NCBI GenBank assembly: GCA_965230895.1
Contig: OZ246394.1
Location: forward strand, 712,627 to 776,626
DNA: 64,000 bases
Reading direction: 5' to 3'
DNA from: an uncultured Gammaproteobacteria bacterium
GTDB taxonomy: Bacteria > Patescibacteriota > Microgenomatia > Levybacterales > UBA12049
In this document: in pieces, positions 9,924 through 19,432 of the stretch
Layout of the letters: each line of letters starts with the position of its first letter
Position numbering within the stretch: the first letter of the stretch is position 1
Notes under the pieces: generated by a model
What the model saw: the letters and a program-made list of their open reading frames with translations, nothing else
What the model was told of the DNA's origin: nothing
The model's database searches: none
Made by a program: the position numbers and the translations under genes

Positions 9924-10481
9924 TTATTGTGCGCACCAGTAGCAGTTATTTGTACCACCTTGGGATTTGCAACTCGTTCCAGTTGCTCCACTTTGGGTAT
10001 AACGAGTATTTGAATCTCTTTGCTGAGACTCAGACTTTGGTTGGAAACAAACAATTGTATCAGCTGTATTATTGGTTTGTGGATTTGGATTAGTTACAAT
10101 TGCTTGATTCAGGTTATTGGAATTTGAGAACGATTGTTTCAATTCACCCTCGGTAATAAGAGTCTGGATACATGCTGTAAGATTACTCATCGGTACTGAT
10201 GCAAGCGTTGTACCACTTGTATAGCATGCTGCACCGCCACTTGCTGTTGAATTCCATGGAAGTGCATTTTTAACAGAGAAGTATCGAACATTTGCGCTAA
10301 CAAACTGAGCAGCTACGTTTTTAAGATTTGTATCTTGTGCTTTATTAAGTTGTTCGACAGGATTAATAGTAGCAAGGAGTGCAGCAGCAAGAATACCGAG
10401 AATACCAAGAACGACAAGAAGTTCGATAAGCGTAAAACCCTTTTGGATTTTTTGAGTTAATTTAGGCAGATTTTGTAACAT
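9924..10481 (-). CDS. Type IV pilin / pseudopilin with a class III (prepilin) signal. The likely start is the internal ATG giving MLQNLPKLTQKIQKGFTLIELLVV.
   Basis: The prepilin peptidase site 'G^FTLIELLVV' is followed by a hydrophobic helix. The C-terminal part is a Cys-containing globular domain. Confidence 0.75.
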   Translation of the reverse strand: MLQNLPKLTQKIQKGFTLIELLVVLGILGILAAALLATINPVEQLNKAQDTNLKNVAAQFVSANVRYFSVKNALPWNSTASGGAACYTSGTTLASVPMSNLTACIQTLITEGELKQSFSNSNNLNQAIVTNPNPQTNNTADTIVCFQPKSESQQRDSNTRYTQSGATGTSCKSQGGTNNCYWCAQ

Positions 10482-10520
10482 AAATTCTATTGTCAGCATA
10501 ATTACATCACATGAGAAATA

Positions 10521-10566
10521 GTGGTGTCAATAGGGAAACGTTATACATTTTTGCTATAATTAGCTT
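10521..10566 (+). promoter_or_regulatory. Extended -10 promoter (TGcTATAAT) ending 6 nt before the EEP ATG. This is a candidate leaderless mRNA and a divergent control region shared with the pilin gene.
   Basis: TG lies at 10552-10553 and TATAAT at 10555-10560, with the ATG at 10567. No SD sequence is present. Confidence 0.35.
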
Positions 10567-11268
10567 ATGCAGATAAAAGTTCTTTCCTGGAATATTTGGT
10601 TTGGGAAGCACTCTCACGATATAGTGAAACATCTTCAAAATGCAGAAGCTGACGTCATTTGCCTTCAAGAAGTAATTCAAGAATTAGATGGCAAACATAA
10701 CACAGCAGAAAATATTGCAAAAGAATTGGGATATCATTGGAAATATGAAGAAACGATCCAAATGCCGTATGAAGGGAGAATTATTAGTTGGGGCAATGCG
10801 ATTCTTAGTAAATATAAACTCATATCAACAAACCTTTACGAATTATCTTCTGGAGAGAAAAGGAGAACTGCACTTCAAGCAATGATCGAGATCGACGGAA
10901 AAGAAATTTCAGTCACATCAACGCATTTAGTACATACGCATCAGGAAACTTCAGAACTTCAAGAATCTCAAGCGAAAAAGCTTTTTGAAATCATTCCTCA
11001 GAAATATGCAATTGTTGCAGGAGACTTCAATGCATTACCGGATAGTAACGCAATCCAATATATGTCTGAACATTTACAAAATACGGATGCGCAACTTGAT
11101 CCATCTTGGAGTGTCTATGTTGAAGGATGCGATGTCTGCAAGGTAGATCAGCTTATGCATCGATTAGATTATATCTTTACTACGAAAGAGTTTACTGTCC
11201 ATTCTTTCCAAACAGATTATTCCAAAGGTTCTGATCACTTACCAATAGCTGTTTCACTGGAAGTTTGA
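10567..11268 (+). CDS. Endonuclease/exonuclease/phosphatase (EEP) family protein
   Basis: An N-terminal 'LSWNIW' motif, a 'GDFNALPDS' motif and a C-terminal 'GSDHLPIAV' motif are the EEP catalytic motifs. Confidence 0.7.
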   Translation: MQIKVLSWNIWFGKHSHDIVKHLQNAEADVICLQEVIQELDGKHNTAENIAKELGYHWKYEETIQMPYEGRIISWGNAILSKYKLISTNLYELSSGEKRRTALQAMIEIDGKEISVTSTHLVHTHQETSELQESQAKKLFEIIPQKYAIVAGDFNALPDSNAIQYMSEHLQNTDAQLDPSWSVYVEGCDVCKVDQLMHRLDYIFTTKEFTVHSFQTDYSKGSDHLPIAVSLEV

Positions 11269-12140
11269 ACTCTCCTTCTTCGAGGCCTTCTCGGCTGTAC
11301 TTCCTCTACTGGTTCTTTCTTCTCGAATTGTTCACTTCCAAAGACATACAGACCAGTGATGATGATTAATGTTTGAGCAACTCCAATCCAATCAAACTCT
11401 GACGATGTTTCAACTGCAGACAACGGATCATAAAAGAAAGAACCAAAAACAATTATTCCTGAAAACAATAACGAGTTAAGAAGCAATGTTACCTTCCACC
11501 AATTCATTTCATATTTTTTATACTCAACAGCAATCCAAGCCCAAAAGATAAAGATTGGAGCAAAAATAATCATACCTGAATAGAGATCAGAATCTTTCGA
11601 TGATGAACTTACTTGGCCATTGGGTATAAGAGATAAGATAAGCATTACGGCTATAAAGATAATGGAATACCCCCAAAGAGCTGTTTGGAACATTCCCCAT
11701 TTCTTATTCTTAGGAAGTTTTTTATCTGACTCTGATGAAAGCATAAGGAAACGGTTATGCGCAAGTTGGTACATCGCAAACATATACGGCAAACTTAGCA
11801 ATAAACCAATAACCGTACTTACCAATAAGTTTTCTGTATCTTCACTATATGAAAGAAACGATAAATAGCTAATGATCGGATGATTGGGAGCAGCTGCATA
11901 GAGTAAAAATAGTGATGAATAGAGAATATTAAACCAGAAGAAATATTTCCAGAATTTTGCCTCAAATATCTCTTTTCTGAAAATATAAGAATAAACACCA
12001 GCAAGCCCTACTCCATAGATTACAAGATCAGTGATAAATAGACCCACAGGAGCAGAAGGATAAGAAAACTCTATAATTGTTACTAAACCAATAAGGACAA
12101 CGTTTAACCAAAAATAAATTTTCCACCAAAATAGTTTCAT
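11235..12140 (-). CDS. Hypothetical polytopic membrane protein with an Arg-rich C-terminal tail
   Basis: A 301 aa ORF with about 8 hydrophobic helices. The C-terminus reads 'PRRPRRRRVQT'. No recognisable family. Confidence 0.35.
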   Translation of the reverse strand: MKLFWWKIYFWLNVVLIGLVTIIEFSYPSAPVGLFITDLVIYGVGLAGVYSYIFRKEIFEAKFWKYFFWFNILYSSLFLLYAAAPNHPIISYLSFLSYSEDTENLLVSTVIGLLLSLPYMFAMYQLAHNRFLMLSSESDKKLPKNKKWGMFQTALWGYSIIFIAVMLILSLIPNGQVSSSSKDSDLYSGMIIFAPIFIFWAWIAVEYKKYEMNWWKVTLLLNSLLFSGIIVFGSFFYDPLSAVETSSEFDWIGVAQTLIIITGLYVFGSEQFEKKEPVEEVQPRRPRRRRVQTSSETAIGK

Positions 12141-12177
12141 AACTCAGGAAATTATATCAGAAAGCTTCGCAACACTC

Positions 12178-12750
12178 TTAATTGGAATTTTGGAGATTTG
12201 CATCTGTATCGATTTGCTTATTTGGAGTTAAAGTTTGGGCTTGTGTTGGTGCGAATTCGTTCACGATAACTGTTGAGGGATTCTCAACAATTCGGATACT
12301 ATTTGCAGAGGGTTTTGTCGAAATTGCTGGTTGTTTTGTAACAACTGTCGGCTTTGCTGCCACAGGAGTAGGAGTTACATTTGTATAAATGTAAATTGTC
12401 GGTGTAGGCTCAGTTCTCATTTGTTTTGCAGATTGCGTTGGTGGGACAAGAGTCACCGTTGGAATCATTGTCACTGTTGCTTTAATTTCTGAAACAGCAT
12501 TCTTTGGGGATCGAGATGTCACGCCAGCTGATGGAGTTGCAGAGATAGAAACTCCAGCTGATTTTGTCGCAGTTTGCAGAACGAAAAGTGTAGGTGTTGG
12601 AGAAACAACATCGGTTGGAATTACAGCTTTTGTCACGGCGATACCTTGAACAGATTTCTTTTGAGGAGGTACGTAAAAAGATGCTAGTGCTGATGAAACA
12701 GGTATAGCAATGAGTAGGCAGGATAGAAAGATTATGACCTTCTTATCCAC
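12178..12750 (-). CDS. Secreted or membrane-anchored Thr/Pro/Val-rich low-complexity protein
   Basis: A signal peptide 'MDKKVIIFLSCLLIAIPVSSALA' is followed by T/P/V/S-rich repeats (TPT, PTV). Confidence 0.35.
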   Translation of the reverse strand: MDKKVIIFLSCLLIAIPVSSALASFYVPPQKKSVQGIAVTKAVIPTDVVSPTPTLFVLQTATKSAGVSISATPSAGVTSRSPKNAVSEIKATVTMIPTVTLVPPTQSAKQMRTEPTPTIYIYTNVTPTPVAAKPTVVTKQPAISTKPSANSIRIVENPSTVIVNEFAPTQAQTLTPNKQIDTDANLQNSN

Positions 12751-12806
12751 GAAAAGATTATAACATCAAACTAAATTTATGCAAAGGTTAATTTGCTGGT
12801 AATTAA

Positions 12807-13310
12807 CTATATGGTCTTACGTCGTACAAATGTATTCATGATAGGACCTGCTCCCTCAAAATTGTATCCACTGCGATGTAATACTTTTGCAGAAGCAATA
12901 TTATTTGCATGTACTCGACCGATAATCTCTTCATAACCATGATTAAAAGCATACTCAGTAAGGGTTTCTACAGCGCGTTGTGTGATTCCCCGACCTGTAC
13001 TCATACGAGCAAGATAATAACCTATTTCAGCTTGAGACGGGTTCTGAGTATTTGGAGTCAAATTAATACTTCCTACGAGTTGATCACCTCTATAAATCCC
13101 AAATCTCAGTCTGTCAGGATTATCTGGATGGGTAATAGTACTTCGGAAATGAGCTGCGTCACGATATTTGCTTCCTGTACTATCACCGTATTGTGAAAGA
13201 TGTCTTTCATTTGCATGAATTAACTCAAATGCAGGACGTGCATCATTCGGAATATATTGCTTTAAGGTAATTTCTCCATCTGATGAAGTTAATTGAATCC
13301 TTGGCTGCAT
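12807..13310 (-). CDS. GNAT N-acetyltransferase (RimJ/RimL-like). The likely start is the internal ATG at MQPRIQL, which avoids overlap with ftsZ.
   Basis: The GNAT motif A 'ARMSTGRGITQRAV' is present. The C-terminus 'HANNIASAKVLHRSGYNFEG' resembles the RimL family. Confidence 0.6.
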   Translation of the reverse strand: MQPRIQLTSSDGEITLKQYIPNDARPAFELIHANERHLSQYGDSTGSKYRDAAHFRSTITHPDNPDRLRFGIYRGDQLVGSINLTPNTQNPSQAEIGYYLARMSTGRGITQRAVETLTEYAFNHGYEEIIGRVHANNIASAKVLHRSGYNFEGAGPIMNTFVRRKTI

Positions 13311-13405
13311 AGCACGACGTTCTGCGATAATCCCGGATATAGGATTGAGCTCTACGTTTCTCATAAGAGGGATTATAGCACAAATAAATATTATAGGATA
13401 ATACT

Positions 13406-14593
13406 CTAGTTTCTTTGTCTGAGGAATGCTGGAATATCCCACTCGTCTTCAACGGATTTTTCGTCTTTCTTCTCTTGTGGAGGAGTTACATGTTGTTGTG
13501 GTTGTTCTTCGTCCTCATCATGATCTTTCTTTTCAGCTTGCTGATCATCCTGTTGTACAGGAGGTTGTGTACGAGTCAATGGAGTATCAGTAACTTGTGG
13601 AGTTGGCTGTTGGATAACAAATTGCTGAAGTCTTTGCTTTGCTTGATCAAATCCAGTTGCAACAACAGTAATGCGGATCTGATCGTGCATTGTTTCATCG
13701 ATAGTTGCACCGAAGATGATATTTGCATCAGGATCAGCTGCACTTGAGATAATCTTTGCTGCTTCATCAACTTCAGTCATAGTCAGATCATTACCACCGA
13801 CAACATTGAAGAGAACTCCTCGTGCGCCTTCCATTGAAATTTCTAACAATGGTGATGCGATAGCAGACCGTGCTGCTGTCTGGGCTCGATTTTCGCCGAT
13901 ACCACTGCCGATACCCATAAGGGCTGAACCGGCATCGGACATAATATTCCGGACATCGGCGAAATCGACATTGATAAGACCTGGTTGTGTAATAATTTCA
14001 GAGATACCTTGGACACCTTGCGTAAGGACAGAATCAGCTACTTTAAATGCGTCAAGTAAACTGAGTTTGCGATCAACTACATCAAGAATTCTCTGATTTG
14101 GGATCACGATCAATGTATCGACTTTATCCTTTAAATTATCAATACCTTCTTCTGCACTCACCATTCGTCGAGTTCCTTCAAACATAAATGGCTTAGTAAC
14201 AACTGCGACTGTTAAAGCTCCAATTTCTTTAGCTATTTCAGCAACAACAGGAGTTGCGCCCGTTCCAGTACCACCGCCCATACCAGCAGTAAGAAAGACC
14301 ATATCTGATCCTTCAAGAGCGCTTTTAATCTTGTCTCGTGATTCTTCTGCAGCTTGACGACCAATTTCAGGATCTCCTCCAGAACCAAGACCCTTGGTGA
14401 AGATTTCTCCGATTTGGATTTTAGTATCTGCCTTATTGAGAAGAAGTGCTTGTGCGTCTGTATTAACTGCTACGAAGTCTACGCCGTGGATGCTCCCACT
14501 TGAAATCATTGAGCCGATAGCATTACTACCACCGCCACCTACACCCATGACACGAATTTTTGCGAAGTTAGTTGATTGTGGACGAATTAACAT
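13406..14593 (-). CDS. ftsZ: Cell division GTPase FtsZ
   Basis: The tubulin signature '[13 protein letters not shown]' and the 'GVGGGGSNA' motif are present. The C-terminal tail is acidic and Q/P-rich. Confidence 0.9.
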   Translation of the reverse strand: MLIRPQSTNFAKIRVMGVGGGGSNAIGSMISSGSIHGVDFVAVNTDAQALLLNKADTKIQIGEIFTKGLGSGGDPEIGRQAAEESRDKIKSALEGSDMVFLTAGMGGGTGTGATPVVAEIAKEIGALTVAVVTKPFMFEGTRRMVSAEEGIDNLKDKVDTLIVIPNQRILDVVDRKLSLLDAFKVADSVLTQGVQGISEIITQPGLINVDFADVRNIMSDAGSALMGIGSGIGENRAQTAARSAIASPLLEISMEGARGVLFNVVGGNDLTMTEVDEAAKIISSAADPDANIIFGATIDETMHDQIRITVVATGFDQAKQRLQQFVIQQPTPQVTDTPLTRTQPPVQQDDQQAEKKDHDEDEEQPQQHVTPPQEKKDEKSVEDEWDIPAFLRQRN

Positions 14594-14736
14594 AGTCTTG
14601 TGGGCTGGTCAAATCCTACCAAATCTAATTCAGGTTTGCAAGAAGGAAATGAGTATATTCTTGCTTCAGACTGAAAATATTTTTGTAACGTAGGCTCAAA
14701 AGAATTTCTGTTCAAAAAATGTGCTAGAAGAAAAGA

Positions 14737-16017
14737 TTATGGAATGAAGCTTTTAACGAGATTGATAACTTTCTTTACAACTTTGGATGCGCCGCCATTT
14801 CCTGCCGGCATTGAGAATCGTGATGTTGTCCGCGCTGGTGCATTTCCAATCCCATAGCGTATTAACCCAACCGCTGTAGAGAATGCTGGATGTTGAACTT
14901 CATCAATAATTCCTTTGACATCTGTTGGCATCCCGATACGGACTGGCATCGCGAGTGATCGACGAGCTGATTCTCGAAGCCCTACTGTTAAAGCACCTCC
15001 GCCAGTGAAGACAATGCCTGCTGGAGTTTGTGCTGCAAAACCACTCTTTTTGATTTCAAGTCCGATCATTGTACAAATTTCATTGAGTCTTGGTCTGATG
15101 ATGCCATCAACGAGAGTTTTCTGGGAGACTTTTCGGATTTCTTCTTGAAGATTGAGTGGAGTTAGATCTACTTCGTCTGATGGTTTACTGCTCGCTTCAT
15201 CGTCTCCTTCGCGAACAGTTCTTTTATTTTGATTCTGTGAGAAGAAGAGTTTGATCTTTTCAGCACTCTCAAGTGAGATACGAAGTCCGATTGCAAGATC
15301 ATTGGTTACATGTCGAGCACCAATTGCGAGAACAGATGAATAGGCAACTGATCCTTCAGTGTAGATTGAAATGTCTGTTGTACCCGCTCCAATATCAACG
15401 AGAATAACACCAAGTTCTTTTTCTGTATCTGAAAGAACAGCAAGTGAACTTGCATAACCGCTAAATGCAAAACTATCAATATCGACACCAACTTCAGAGA
15501 AAGCTTTCTCAAGATTTCGGAGAGAAACACTATTTGCAGTAACAATATGAGTATCAACTTCCAATCGAGTCCCTGACATACCAACTGGATCTTTGATACC
15601 TTCTTGTCCATCAACGATATAATTTCGTGGAAGGACGTGGATAATGTCTCGCGTTGAAGGGATAGAAATTGCTTTGGCAGCATCGATAACTCTTTGAAGA
15701 TCACTTTCGGAGATTTCGCCATTTGGTGTAGCGACTGCGACAACGCCACGAGAATTTTGACAGTCAATTTGACTGCCTCCAAGGGAGACAAGGACATGAG
15801 ACGCAGAATATCCAGCCATTCGTTCTGCAGCTTCGAGTGAAGCATTGATTGCATGAACAGCTTCTTCAATATCTACTACTTGTCCTTTTCTAATACCTTG
15901 TGATTTAACTTCGGAAACACCGAGGACGTTAACGACATTGTCTATGACCTTTGCTATGACAGTAACGATTTTGTATGTTCCTACATCTATTGCAACAAGA
16001 ATTTTTCCTTCGTTCAT
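14737..16017 (-). CDS. ftsA: Cell division protein FtsA (actin-like ATPase)
   Basis: 'VAIDVGTYKI' is the phosphate-1 motif and 'LVDIGAGTTDISIY' the phosphate-2 motif. The gene is directly upstream of ftsZ. Confidence 0.85.
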   Translation of the reverse strand: MNEGKILVAIDVGTYKIVTVIAKVIDNVVNVLGVSEVKSQGIRKGQVVDIEEAVHAINASLEAAERMAGYSASHVLVSLGGSQIDCQNSRGVVAVATPNGEISESDLQRVIDAAKAISIPSTRDIIHVLPRNYIVDGQEGIKDPVGMSGTRLEVDTHIVTANSVSLRNLEKAFSEVGVDIDSFAFSGYASSLAVLSDTEKELGVILVDIGAGTTDISIYTEGSVAYSSVLAIGARHVTNDLAIGLRISLESAEKIKLFFSQNQNKRTVREGDDEASSKPSDEVDLTPLNLQEEIRKVSQKTLVDGIIRPRLNEICTMIGLEIKKSGFAAQTPAGIVFTGGGALTVGLRESARRSLAMPVRIGMPTDVKGIIDEVQHPAFSTAVGLIRYGIGNAPARTTSRFSMPAGNGGASKVVKKVINLVKSFIP

Positions 16018-16024
16018 AATCTCA

Positions 16025-16468
16025 TCATTTGAGCACGATTACGGGCTTTTCAAAACGCAAATCCAACCGTGAAAACAGCTTACCTTCCATTGTAAGGTGT
16101 GAAAGGATGAATTGTAAAGAGGCTATTTGCGCTATTATATCCTTTTGCGACGAAAAAGTCACGAGGCCGCCCTGCTTTAATTCTACCACGAAATCCTCAT
16201 CTTCTGTCTTCTCAATTTTTGTATATGCAATGTGTTCTTTTTCTAATCCTTTCTTTAATGATTCAAGCTTATTGTCTTTCGTACTTGCTTGTACAAATTT
16301 CATACTCGCAAGAGGACTAACAAAGAGAGGCTTATTCATTTGTGCTGTGAAAACATAGAATGTTCCCCCTGCAACTGCTGTAACTCCTCCAAGGATAATT
16401 AAACAAAAAATGAGAATCTTTTTTGCATATCGCTTTTGTTTGCGATCAATTGTGTTTATCTTTTTCAT
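16025..16468 (-). CDS. FtsQ/DivIB-like short cell-division protein (N-terminal TM plus a small periplasmic domain)
   Basis: It is 147 aa with a single N-terminal TM helix. It occupies the canonical ftsQ position between murG and ftsA. Its sequence is weakly conserved. Confidence 0.35.
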   Translation of the reverse strand: MKKINTIDRKQKRYAKKILIFCLIILGGVTAVAGGTFYVFTAQMNKPLFVSPLASMKFVQASTKDNKLESLKKGLEKEHIAYTKIEKTEDEDFVVELKQGGLVTFSSQKDIIAQIASLQFILSHLTMEGKLFSRLDLRFEKPVIVLK

Positions 16469-17570
16469 GTTGTACTACCTCAATTATTTTTTCTGCAGCG
16501 TCTTTGTTGATTAACTCTCGCGTGACCATAGCATGACCTTTGTATGTTTCAAGATTCATTATCATTTCATTGACTTTTTCTGCAAATAATTCAGGAGTTA
16601 AATTATCTTGATCGTACGTCTCGCCCAAACCAGTACTTTGGACAAATTCAGCATTTGTTTGTTGTTCATTCCGTTGACCATATGGTAATGGTATAAGCAA
16701 GCAAGGTTTTCCAAGATATAAAATTTCACTTACGGTACTGATGCCAGAGCGAGAAATGATCAGATCAGCATTGAGCATAACTGAAACAACTTGATTTGCT
16801 GGAATAAATTTTGTTACTTCATAACGCTTTTGCAAATGTTCAGGCAATTTTAATTTCCGATCAACCAATCTGTCATAATCTCCAAACTCTTGTGCATTCC
16901 CTGTTTGATGGATGATCAAATATTTATCCAAAAGTTTCTCAAGCGCACCTTCAACTAAAAGATTAATGCCATGTGCACCACCGCTGCCTCCTGTTATATA
17001 CAAGAGTGGTACCTTACCGTTTGAACGACGTTCTGAGTCATCAGCGTGCGCGAAGAATTCTTTGCGTAAAGGATTACCAGTCAAAACCAATTTATCATGA
17101 GGGAAAAACTGCTCAGAATATTTCCAAGAAATACAGATTTTATTTGCGAACTTGCTAGCTAATTTATTTGCCAACCCTGCTTGCAAAGTCTGTTCATGAA
17201 CTACAAGAGGAATTCTCTTTGCTTTTGCTGCAAGAGCAATTGGAACTGCTACGTAACCACCAAATGATAGAACAACGTCTGGCTTAAAATCATTAAGGAT
17301 TTGCGTCGCTTGCTTTAATCCACCGGGAATCTTAAGGAGAGAACTAAATGTATGAGCAGAAACCTTTCGCTGTAGCCGTCCGGTATTCAACGGAATAAAC
17401 GGCAAACCCATTTTCTGCGCGGTTTGGTATTCAAATGATAAAGCATCATCACCTTCAAATGCATGTTTTCGACCGACGAGGAGATAATCCCATTCTTTAG
17501 GAAGTTTATCAATAACAGCGAGCGCAGGTGCAAAATGCCCACCTCCACCAGCCACGATAAGAAGTTTCAT
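16446..17570 (-). CDS. murG: Undecaprenyl-PP-MurNAc-pentapeptide UDP-GlcNAc transferase MurG
   Basis: The N-terminal G-rich loop 'AGGGGHFAPALAV' is present. A GT28 C-terminal domain reads 'ITGGSGGAHGIN'. Confidence 0.8.
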   Translation of the reverse strand: MKLLIVAGGGGHFAPALAVIDKLPKEWDYLLVGRKHAFEGDDALSFEYQTAQKMGLPFIPLNTGRLQRKVSAHTFSSLLKIPGGLKQATQILNDFKPDVVLSFGGYVAVPIALAAKAKRIPLVVHEQTLQAGLANKLASKFANKICISWKYSEQFFPHDKLVLTGNPLRKEFFAHADDSERRSNGKVPLLYITGGSGGAHGINLLVEGALEKLLDKYLIIHQTGNAQEFGDYDRLVDRKLKLPEHLQKRYEVTKFIPANQVVSVMLNADLIISRSGISTVSEILYLGKPCLLIPLPYGQRNEQQTNAEFVQSTGLGETYDQDNLTPELFAEKVNEMIMNLETYKGHAMVTRELINKDAAEKIIEVVQHEKDKHN

Positions 17571-18295
17571 GTAATAAGTATATCATTCTGAAGCCAGTTC
17601 AGCATAATACGAGTAAATTCTGCTTTTTGTTTTACTGTTTTCAAACTATGCTCTGCACTTTGTATCACTTCATAAGAAAGATTCTTTTTATTTGAAACTG
17701 CGTTCATATAGTTTTCCATTGTCTGATGAGGACAGATGACATCCAGTTCAGATTCAATGATCAGGACTTTTCCGGCAAAATCATGTATTGCACGCAATGA
17801 TTGTGTATCTTTCCATGATAATTTTTCTTTTCGCCATGCTGTCGTTTTGGCATTGGCATACTTTACTTGAGGAAGATTAAAGCCTTCATCAGGATATTGT
17901 GCAGGAACTCGAAGAGCTAACCACGAAACATCTCTGCGCGATGTGAGAATCGTTGCAAGATACGATCCAAAGCTTGAACCAATGACGCCAATTTTTGTTG
18001 CATCAATATCCTTTTGGGAAGCCAATAAATCATACGCTGCTTCCATATCGTCCATATAATCCTCCCGCGACAATTTCCCTCTTTCTCCTTCACTTGAACC
18101 ATGACTTCGCAAGTCAAACGTCATAACAATAAACCCGAGCTTTATTAAAGCTTGCGCAAATATAATGTTCCCTTTTTGACTACTCATCCATCCATGAACC
18201 ATCAAAATTGCAGGATTTTTATCTTTATGACTTTGCGGATATTGGATCGTAGCCGATAGCTTTTGGCTATCAACAGAAAACGTTATTTCCTTCAT
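17567..18295 (-). CDS. Alpha/beta-hydrolase fold protein
   Basis: 'ILMVHGW' begins the fold, with the nucleophile elbow 'GSSFGS' (GxSxG) and a C-terminal His. Confidence 0.6.
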   Translation of the reverse strand: MKEITFSVDSQKLSATIQYPQSHKDKNPAILMVHGWMSSQKGNIIFAQALIKLGFIVMTFDLRSHGSSEGERGKLSREDYMDDMEAAYDLLASQKDIDATKIGVIGSSFGSYLATILTSRRDVSWLALRVPAQYPDEGFNLPQVKYANAKTTAWRKEKLSWKDTQSLRAIHDFAGKVLIIESELDVICPHQTMENYMNAVSNKKNLSYEVIQSAEHSLKTVKQKAEFTRIMLNWLQNDILIT

Positions 18296-18313
18296 AGAAA
18301 AAATTATAACAAA

Positions 18314-19417
18314 CTATGATTTTGATTGTTTGGAGATATTAAGAAGTATTCCAATCGCTGCCAAATCGACAATGAGTGCAGAACCTCCATAGGAAATAAA
18401 CGGGAGAGGAACACCTGTTAATGGAACTAATGCAGTCATCGCCGCAAGATTAATGACACATTGAATACCAATGAACGAAATAATTCCTCCAGCAAGAAGT
18501 TTGCCAAAAGCATCTTTTGCACGAGAAGCAATATAAAGACAACGCCAGATAAAAGCTGCAAAAACAAATACCAAAACAATTGATCCAATGAATCCAAATT
18601 CCTCTGCAATAATTGGGAAAATTGAATCAGTTACATTTTCTGGAAGATAGGCATATTTTTGGATAGAATTTCCGACACCCAATCCAAATAATCCACCTGA
18701 GCCAAGAGCAATTAATATCTGTTTTACGTGATATGACGTATCGTGAAGTGATCCACCAAGATTAAGAAAGCTTGTTAAACGAGCCATGCGATAAGGTTCT
18801 GAAATAACATAGAAGAACCCACCAATTGCCACTACAGGAGCCATAAAGAAAAAGTACATGATATTACCGCCGGAAAGATAATAGATAATTAATGCTTCAA
18901 ACATAATAATCGAACCAGTACCCAAATCGGGTTGCATCAATACTAAAAACATAATCGAACCCATCAACAAAATAAACGCACCAAATCGTCCTTTTTCTTT
19001 TTGAGAGAACCACGCGGCAAGATAGATTGCCAATGCTAGTTTGATAAACTCAGCAGGTTGCACAGAAGTAAATCCTAAGTTAATCCACCGGCTTGCACCC
19101 AATGCATGTGTACCGATCCCTGGAACGAATACGAGAATGAGCAATCCAATTGCAGTAATGAGCAAAGGAACGGCAAGGTTATAGAACCTGTGATAATCGA
19201 ATTTGTACGTAAGAAACAATGCAGTAAAACCTAAAACACACCACACAACCTGATCTCGAATAAAGCCATATTTGTCACCAAAGAGATTGTAAGCAATTAC
19301 TGATGAGGAATTAAATATCATGAGCAGACCGAATAAGGTCAAAGCTGTAACAATACTAAATAAAACAATATCAAATTTCCCTGTGGAAACTTTTCTGAGC
19401 TTGAATCGTGCTTTCAT
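18314..19417 (-). CDS. ftsW: SEDS peptidoglycan glycosyltransferase FtsW
   Basis: 'PENVTDSIFPIIAEEFGFIG' and 'LTGVPLPFISYGGSALI' are SEDS signatures. The dcw context supports the FtsW assignment. Confidence 0.8.
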   Translation of the reverse strand: MKARFKLRKVSTGKFDIVLFSIVTALTLFGLLMIFNSSSVIAYNLFGDKYGFIRDQVVWCVLGFTALFLTYKFDYHRFYNLAVPLLITAIGLLILVFVPGIGTHALGASRWINLGFTSVQPAEFIKLALAIYLAAWFSQKEKGRFGAFILLMGSIMFLVLMQPDLGTGSIIMFEALIIYYLSGGNIMYFFFMAPVVAIGGFFYVISEPYRMARLTSFLNLGGSLHDTSYHVKQILIALGSGGLFGLGVGNSIQKYAYLPENVTDSIFPIIAEEFGFIGSIVLVFVFAAFIWRCLYIASRAKDAFGKLLAGGIISFIGIQCVINLAAMTALVPLTGVPLPFISYGGSALIVDLAAIGILLNISKQSKS

Positions 19418-19432
19418 CGGGCAGAATGGATA

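Noticed and set aside
11235-11268. A 34 nt convergent overlap of the EEP nuclease and the membrane protein gene, as a possible antisense-regulation or mis-annotation signal
   Set aside because: The C-terminal tail of the membrane protein is a low-complexity Arg-rich tail. The overlap is short and common in compact genomes, and there is no evidence of function.
14594-14736. ftsZ promoter TTGCAA-17 nt-TAGGAT in the ftsA-ftsZ spacer (minus strand)
   Set aside because: Both hexamers are weak matches. In an AT-rich 143 bp spacer such matches are expected by chance. I did not list it as a feature.
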